Shown here: one piece after another, positions 31,999-37,667 of the stretch
Numbering within the stretch: the first letter of the stretch is position 1
Layout: each line of letters begins with the position of its first letter
DNA from: a virus
Direction: 5' to 3' (one strand)
Virus genome (UHGV): UHGV-0387565
DNA: 37,667 nucleotides
Made by a program: the position numbers and the translations under genes
The notes under the pieces: model-generated
The model's input: only the letters and a program-made list of their open reading frames with translations
The model's database searches: none
Told to the model about the DNA's origin: nothing

Positions 31999-33301
31999 AT
32001 ACATCATAAACGCAACTCATAGATGGAATATCAAGTCCGGAGCGGTTCGTTCTGGAAAGTCTTTTGTAGATACTGCTTATATCGTCCCGAAAAGAATCCG
32101 AGAGAGAGCTGGACTCCCCGGCTTGAATGTAATCATGGGTGTCTCCAAAGAATCCATAGAGCGAAACGTACTCCAACCGATGAGGGAAATCTATACCAGT
32201 GATCTAATCGGGAACATTAACAACCGGAATGTGGCAAGAGTATGTGGAGAGGATGTCTATTGTCTCGGTGCAGAAAAGGTCAGTCAGGTTGCGAAGATAC
32301 AGGGAGCGTCCATTAAGTACTGTTACGGCGATGAGATAGCAAAATGGAACAAAGAGGTGTTCCAGATGTTGAAATCCCGTCTCGATAAGACGTACTCCTG
32401 CTTTGATGGAGCTTGCAACCCGGAACATCCGACACACTGGCTCAAAGAGTTCATCGACAATGTAGAGCTGGACATCTATCTCCAAAAGTACACCATATTC
32501 GATAATCCATTTCTGGATCCAGAATTTGTTAAGCAACTCTGCAAGGAATATGATGGTACAATCTATTATGACCGCCTCATCCTTGGCTTATGGAAACGAG
32601 CAGATGGAGCGATTTATAAGCGGTTTGCTGACAACCCAGAAGCGTTCAAATGCGAAATCGTGGATGAGTTCTCACAGGAATCAGAGCATAAGCAATTCCG
32701 AAAAGAGGATATTACATCAATCGAGATTGGCTTGGACTTTGGTGGCAATCAATCTGGTCACTCATTCGTTGCCAGAGGATATACAGATAATTACAGAGAT
32801 GTAATTGCGCTAAAATCCCGCAGAATCATGGCAAAAGACGAGAAAGAGGATATTGACAGCAACAGGCTGAACGAGTTGTTTTGCGAATTTATTTGGGAAG
32901 TAATAGAGCAATATTCAGTGTGCGTGAAAGGTGGTGATTACGTGCAGTATTGCAACGTAGAATCCGTATTTTGGGATAATGCAGAAACCGTCCTTGGTAA
33001 TTCTATCCGCAATGCCGTGGAAAAGGAGTTTCCGTGGATAGCTGTCAAACCAGCAAAGAAAAGACCAATCAACGACAGGATCAGATGCACCGTCAAGCTC
33101 ATGGGGGCTGGGCGGTTTTTTATTACAAAAGACTGCGAATCTCTGCAAATTGCTTTATCAGATGCAGTTTGGAACAAAGAAGCTGTCGGGAAAGACGAGC
33201 GTCTGGATGACGGAAGCACTGACATTGACAGCTTGGATGCGTTCGAATACACGATCGAACGTGACATGAAATACCTAATCGAAGAGGTGGAAGATGTTTG
33301 A
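31967..33301 (+). CDS. terL: terminase large subunit (PBSX/pac-type)
   Basis: Walker A GAVRSGKS near the N-terminus. 444 aa in the size and arrangement of the ATPase plus nuclease domains. Overlaps terS by 32 nt. Confidence 0.9.
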   Translation: MTMQLSKKQNEYIINATHRWNIKSGAVRSGKSFVDTAYIVPKRIRERAGLPGLNVIMGVSKESIERNVLQPMREIYTSDLIGNINNRNVARVCGEDVYCLGAEKVSQVAKIQGASIKYCYGDEIAKWNKEVFQMLKSRLDKTYSCFDGACNPEHPTHWLKEFIDNVELDIYLQKYTIFDNPFLDPEFVKQLCKEYDGTIYYDRLILGLWKRADGAIYKRFADNPEAFKCEIVDEFSQESEHKQFRKEDITSIEIGLDFGGNQSGHSFVARGYTDNYRDVIALKSRRIMAKDEKEDIDSNRLNELFCEFIWEVIEQYSVCVKGGDYVQYCNVESVFWDNAETVLGNSIRNAVEKEFPWIAVKPAKKRPINDRIRCTVKLMGAGRFFITKDCESLQIALSDAVWNKEAVGKDERLDDGSTDIDSLDAFEYTIERDMKYLIEEVEDV

Positions 33302-34646
33302 TGGAATTAAGAGATTATGGAAAGGAATCATGAGGATGTTTGGATATACGACATTAAAACAGATCATCGGCAAGGATATCGCACTATCCAACGACATGAT
33401 ATATGCAATCAACAGATGGAGACAGATGTTAAATGGTGATGCAGAATGGATTTCAGATAGCATCGTTTCTCTTGGGATTGAAGATGGAATCTGCCGAGAG
33501 TTTGCGGACTGTGCACTGGTTGAAATGGAAACCAGTGTAACAAATGAACGTCTGGACAAGATCTATCAGAAGAATATCGCAAGTCTGAATGAAAACCTGC
33601 AGGAAGGGCTTGCGCTTGGGTCATTCGTTCTGAAGCCACTGGGAGAATCGGCTGCAGAATTTGTCTCAGCCGACAAGATCATACCGATCAGCTTTGGGGA
33701 TGATGGAAAGCCAAATGATATTGCATTTCTGACCGTAAAAAAGGTTGGGGACGCTGATTATTTCACAAGGCTTGAACGGCACTATTTCATTGACGGGAAT
33801 CTGACTATAGAAAACAAGTGCTTCCACTCCCAGACGGCGAATGATATAGGTCTTCCGTGCAGCCTAGAAGCGGTGGAAGAATGGGAGAATATCCTACCTG
33901 GACCAATTACATACCCCGGCATGAACCGTATGGACTTTGGATATTATCGTAATCCAATTAAAAATAAAATAGATGGTTCTGCCTGCGGAGTGTCGGTGTA
34001 CGAGTCGGCCGCTGAACTGATTCGGAAAGCTGATACACAGGGGGCAAGGCTTGACTGGGAATACGAATCGGGTGAGCGTGCTATCCATGTGGATAATAGA
34101 GCACTTAAACAAGATAGGGCAACCGGGAAGTTTGGACTCCCAAAACTCAAAGACAAATTGTATCGAGGAATGAATCTGGACGCTGGAAAAGACCAAGAAC
34201 TCTTAAAAGAATACTCCCCAGAAATGAGAGATGAAGCCTTTAAGCGTGGATTGGAAGAGTACAAGCGAGAGATTGAATTTTCCGTAGGTCTTGCTTATGG
34301 AGACCTGTCAGATGTGCAGGAAGTGGCAAAAACAGCCACGGAAATCAAAGCGTCAAAGAACCGTAAATACAACCGGGTAACGGCAATCCAGAATAACTTA
34401 TACGATTGCTTAGAGGACTTTGCCGCAGGGCTTGCATTCTACAACAGCATGCTTAACTCGGGATATGAGTTCTCTTGCAAATTCAACGATTCCATACTGA
34501 CCGATGAGGAAACAGAGCGTCAGCAGGACAGACAGGACGTGAGTATGGGAGTGATGTCGCATTTGGAATACCGGATGAAATGGTACAACGAGGATGAGGT
34601 AACGGCTAAAAAGATGCTGCCAGAGCAAATTGAAGTAATGGAGTAG
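33294..34646 (+). CDS. portal protein (SPP1 gp6-like)
   Basis: 450-aa ORF immediately after terL with RBS GAGGTGGAAG. Portal-like size and acidic C-terminus. Confidence 0.8.
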   Translation: MFDGIKRLWKGIMRMFGYTTLKQIIGKDIALSNDMIYAINRWRQMLNGDAEWISDSIVSLGIEDGICREFADCALVEMETSVTNERLDKIYQKNIASLNENLQEGLALGSFVLKPLGESAAEFVSADKIIPISFGDDGKPNDIAFLTVKKVGDADYFTRLERHYFIDGNLTIENKCFHSQTANDIGLPCSLEAVEEWENILPGPITYPGMNRMDFGYYRNPIKNKIDGSACGVSVYESAAELIRKADTQGARLDWEYESGERAIHVDNRALKQDRATGKFGLPKLKDKLYRGMNLDAGKDQELLKEYSPEMRDEAFKRGLEEYKREIEFSVGLAYGDLSDVQEVAKTATEIKASKNRKYNRVTAIQNNLYDCLEDFAAGLAFYNSMLNSGYEFSCKFNDSILTDEETERQQDRQDVSMGVMSHLEYRMKWYNEDEVTAKKMLPEQIEVME

Positions 34647-34655
34647 GTGATCTGA

Positions 34656-35840
34656 TTGAGGGAAGACTACAAAAAGCAGCTATCCGGTCAAATCGAGAAA
34701 AATTATCTGAAATTGGAACAGATGATTCTGGAAGACATTGTTCGTCGGATTAAAAAAGCAGGAAAAATCACAAGCACGGCAGACTGGCAGATTAACCGGT
34801 TGCAGATCATCGGGTACTCTTCTGAGGACATCGAAAAGTTGGTAAAAACCACGCTGAACCTGTCATATCCGGAAGTGTTTGAACTGTATGACAAGGTTAT
34901 CGATTGGGAATATGTCCGCAACAAAGACATATACGAACAGGTCAATGCGGAATATATCCCCTACGAGGATAATAAGGAGTTGCAACAGCTTGCAGATGGA
35001 TTCATCCAGCAGAGCAATGATGATCTGCGGAACGTCACAAAGTCCATGGGATTTTATGTGGATTACGGAGGCGGTAGGCTTGTTATGACTCCATTATCCG
35101 ACATCTACCAAGGATACCTTGATAAGGCTATTACAGGCGTTGTTTACGGAGCATTTGATTATAATACCATGATTCGCAAGGTGGTCACACAACTCACCAA
35201 CAGCGGACTCAGAAGCATTGACTACGCATCTGGATGGCATAACAGAGTTGATGTGGCTGCCAGAAGGGCGGTTATGACAGGAGTGTCGCAGCTTACCGGA
35301 AAAATCACGGAAATGAACGCCGAGAAGTTGGGGACAGAACATTTTGAGATTGCGTGGCACGCCGGAGCGAGACCCTCTCATGCTGTCTGGCAAGGTAAGG
35401 TCTGGAGTAAAAAAGAACTTGTTACGGTATGCGGTCTTGGAACAGTCACTGGACTGCTCGGGGCAAACTGTTACCATGAGTATTACCCTTTTGTAAAAGG
35501 TGTCTCGGAGCGGAATTGGTCTGATTCTTGGCTTGCAGAACAGAACCGAAAGGAAAGTATACCTAATACGTTTAACGGCAAGGAATACACCTTATACGAA
35601 GCCAAACAGCAACAGCGAAAAATGGAAACAGCAATGAGAGCACAGAGAGAAAAGGCTGTGCTACTAAAACAGGGTGGTGCTGATCCAGACGATGTGATGC
35701 TTGCGAAAGCAAAGTATCAAGGACAACTCGGGGAGTACACCAGATTTTGTAAACGAATGGGGCTGCATCAAGAGCGTGAGCGCATCTATTACGATATGCG
35801 CGGCAGAGTGGCACCCGTACCAAAACGATTTAGGAGGTAG
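34656..35840 (+). CDS. head morphogenesis / minor capsid protein (SPP1 gp7 / Mu F-like)
   Basis: 394-aa ORF after the portal gene with a TTG start and RBS GGAGTAGGTGA. Positional and compositional resemblance to the gp7 family. Confidence 0.65.
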   Translation: MREDYKKQLSGQIEKNYLKLEQMILEDIVRRIKKAGKITSTADWQINRLQIIGYSSEDIEKLVKTTLNLSYPEVFELYDKVIDWEYVRNKDIYEQVNAEYIPYEDNKELQQLADGFIQQSNDDLRNVTKSMGFYVDYGGGRLVMTPLSDIYQGYLDKAITGVVYGAFDYNTMIRKVVTQLTNSGLRSIDYASGWHNRVDVAARRAVMTGVSQLTGKITEMNAEKLGTEHFEIAWHAGARPSHAVWQGKVWSKKELVTVCGLGTVTGLLGANCYHEYYPFVKGVSERNWSDSWLAEQNRKESIPNTFNGKEYTLYEAKQQQRKMETAMRAQREKAVLLKQGGADPDDVMLAKAKYQGQLGEYTRFCKRMGLHQERERIYYDMRGRVAPVPKRFRR

Positions 35841-35842
35841 AA

Positions 35843-36124
35843 ATGAGTAAAGTAAAAGTAATCAGACAGCCGACAGCGGAAGCAACATTGATTTTTGAAT
35901 TTGAGACAGCATCTTCCGAATTTTTGGTAAAGAATTTTACGGACGGTGATGTGTATGCATCACTCGAAAAAGATGCGACAAAAGAGCAGAGCGTACTGAT
36001 TCCAGCACAAACCGCACAAAGATTGCAGTATGGCTCTTACGGTGGCGGAAAGAGCAACATCGTCCAAATCATCCCCACAGCAACCTCAGAAAAAGGAGTA
36101 GAAGTACAATGCTTAAAATGGTAG
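35843..36124 (+). CDS. hypothetical head-module protein (93 aa)
   Basis: RBS AGGAGGTAGAA. No recognisable motifs. Confidence 0.5.
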   Translation: MSKVKVIRQPTAEATLIFEFETASSEFLVKNFTDGDVYASLEKDATKEQSVLIPAQTAQRLQYGSYGGGKSNIVQIIPTATSEKGVEVQCLKW

Positions 36125-37667
36125 ATGGAACAGGAATCATAGGAGTGGATATGATCTGCCCTTTAGGAGTCTCCACTCCACAGCCGCCTAATTATGACAG
36201 GGTAGAGATGGAGGGTACAGGGATGTTGGTACTGCCGAACAGCTTGGATGCTCCGCTTGAGGGGTTGGAACTTGGTGGTAAGACAGCGCAGGTGCAGACG
36301 AGTGGGAAGAATCTTGCTAATCCGAGTGAGTTCGTGGTTGGTACTCTTGCAGGAGACACTGGGAATATCATAGGCCTAAAGCAATACATTTCCACTGGGT
36401 ATATCCCTGCTATTCCTGGCAAAAGGTATTCTACTAGCTGCGGAAACAAATTTTTGGCGCATACAATATTTGCATACGATAAAGAAAAGACAAAAATCAA
36501 TTCTGCGATAAATATGTCGTCAGAAATGCCAGAAGGTGCAGCTTACATAAGATTGTCATACAGGAAAATAGACATGACCAATGTTACAGAATCCGATATG
36601 GAAGAACTGAAAAAAGTTTGCATGGTAAATGAAGGCTCTACCGTTCTATCGTATGAACAATACACAGGCGGTAAACCATCTCCTTCTCCGGAATATCCAC
36701 AAGCAATAAAGAATGTTGGAAAGTGGAATGAAGAGAAGCAGAAATATGAAGTGGATGTGAAAGTTACGGGTAAGAACCTGTTTGATGCAAAAAAAGCAAA
36801 GTCTGGCTGGATAACACCTGATGGTAAACAGACACTTGTAGCATTGGGAAGCGTAGACAATGTGGTATCTGATTATATCCAAGTGTATCCGGGAATGAAC
36901 TACACTTCATCAGCCAGTGTATTTCAAAATTTTTATGATTCAGAAAAGAATTTTTTAAATCATATTACGAATGCTAGCACTTCGATAGTTGTCCCAGATA
37001 ATGCAAAATACATGATTGTTGTTATTGCGGTAAATAAAGCTTTAGTCATTCAAACAGCAAATACTTTAATGATTAATATTGGATCAAGCCGAACGGATTT
37101 TGAATCCTACAAAGAACAAACCCTCACCATCACATCCGACAGACCAATCACAAAGTGGGACAGACTGGTAGAGCAGGGTGGACAGATTGGGTGGTTGTAT
37201 AAATCTCGGGAGGTGAATTTTACAGGAGAAGAATCATGGAAACGACACACGGAAACCGATATGTCTGTATGGTTTGCTTGCTATAATTGTCTGCACGGAA
37301 TAAAAACGCACAATGTCACCCAAAACATCGGAGTATTCAACAATTATGCACTGTGGAGTAAAGAAATTGTAGACGACAGGGTTGGAAAATTTTGCACAAA
37401 CGGTAATTTATCGAATAACTTCTTTTTGGCTGGAATGCCAAAAGATTATACGGTGGAAACATTTAAAGCGTGGCTGAGAGAAAAGAATGAATATGGAAAA
37501 CCTATGCGTTTAACCTACGAAACCGAAACCACCGAATTCATCCCACTCCCAGAAAAAGAGCAGAATGCTATCCGAGCATTAAAAACCTACTACCCTACCA
37601 CAGTAATCACAGCAGACGGAGGGGAACTTTACCCCGATATTAAAGTAACCTATCGAAAGGAGAAGTA
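36109..37667 (+). CDS. large hypothetical protein (at least 519 aa) with two internally similar domains each beginning GKNL...; open to the window end, with a stop completed by window base 1 if the sequence is circular
   Basis: Translated by hand with no stop from ATG 36109 to the last base; the final partial codon TA plus base 1 (A) gives TAA. RBS AAAAGGAG. Head-module position suggests a head fibre/decoration protein or a moron. Confidence 0.6.
   Translation, partial: MLKMVDGTGIIGVDMICPLGVSTPQPPNYDRVEMEGTGMLVLPNSLDAPLEGLELGGKTAQVQTSGKNLANPSEFVVGTLAGDTGNIIGLKQYISTGYIPAIPGKRYSTSCGNKFLAHTIFAYDKEKTKINSAINMSSEMPEGAAYIRLSYRKIDMTNVTESDMEELKKVCMVNEGSTVLSYEQYTGGKPSPSPEYPQAIKNVGKWNEEKQKYEVDVKVTGKNLFDAKKAKSGWITPDGKQTLVALGSVDNVVSDYIQVYPGMNYTSSASVFQNFYDSEKNFLNHITNASTSIVVPDNAKYMIVVIAVNKALVIQTANTLMINIGSSRTDFESYKEQTLTITSDRPITKWDRLVEQGGQIGWLYKSREVNFTGEESWKRHTETDMSVWFACYNCLHGIKTHNVTQNIGVFNNYALWSKEIVDDRVGKFCTNGNLSNNFFLAGMPKDYTVETFKAWLREKNEYGKPMRLTYETETTEFIPLPEKEQNAIRALKTYYPTTVITADGGELYPDIKVTYRKEK

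Larger units (their letters stand above)
1..37667. mobile_element. Temperate siphovirus genome (complete or near-complete, apparently circular or circularly permuted), not flanked by host DNA
   Basis: Head, tail, lysis, integrase, immunity, replication and terminase modules are arranged contiguously. Phage genes lie on both sides of the integrase. The last ORF's stop and the first ORF's RBS span the window junction. Confidence 0.8.

Noticed and set aside
36192-36882. Three - strand ORFs (69..105 aa) at the right end
   Set aside because: They are antisense to the long, uninterrupted + strand ORF 36109..37667, which has an RBS and continues the head module. No independent support.
1-37667. CRISPR arrays, toxin-antitoxin pairs or IS/transposase genes
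   Set aside because: No regularly spaced direct repeats with unique spacers and no transposase-like ORFs were seen. The repeats found are short operator/iteron-type elements.

Overview
This window reads as an essentially complete temperate siphovirus (phage or excised prophage) genome of a Gram-positive, probably Firmicutes/Clostridia-type, host, about 37.7 kb, opened at an arbitrary point. Almost all genes sit on the + strand in a classic modular order. From the left: scaffold, major capsid, connector/neck proteins, major tail protein, a two-ORF tail chaperone pair, TP901-type tape measure protein, Dit, Tal/tail endopeptidase, two holin-like genes, and an Amidase_3 endolysin, followed by a rho-independent terminator. 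Next, on the - strand, come a large serine recombinase (integrase), a lipoprotein, an HsdR-N-type PD-(D/E)XK nuclease, and an ImmA/IrrE protease with an XRE repressor, facing a Cro-like gene across an operator-rich switch region. The early/replication module follows on the + strand: small genes, a PC4/YdbC-like protein, a Cas4-like DUF2800 nuclease, a DUF2815 protein, a family A DNA polymerase, a VirE-type primase-helicase, an iteron/AT-rich ori-like region, a VRR-NUC protein, an HNH endonuclease and an SNF2 helicase. After that comes a cluster of small genes including a Lar-family restriction-alleviation protein, an ArpU-like late regulator, a tRNA-Asn(GTT), and finally terS, terL, portal and a head morphogenesis protein. 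The last ORF (36109..end) runs open to the final base. Its stop codon TAA is completed by the first base of the window, and an AGGAGA ribosome-binding site for the first ORF (3..293) spans the junction, so the contig is very likely circular or circularly permuted. The most interesting candidates are: a lysogeny-module moron of a lipoprotein plus a COG4748-like HsdR-N nuclease; a probable anti-defence islet around a Lar-family gene; a large unknown repeat protein inside the head module; a serine-integrase attP-like 52-bp inverted repeat; an ori-like iteron array; and paired palindromic RBS-proximal elements in the lysis cassette. All calls are from reading the sequence and translations by eye; no database searches were run.
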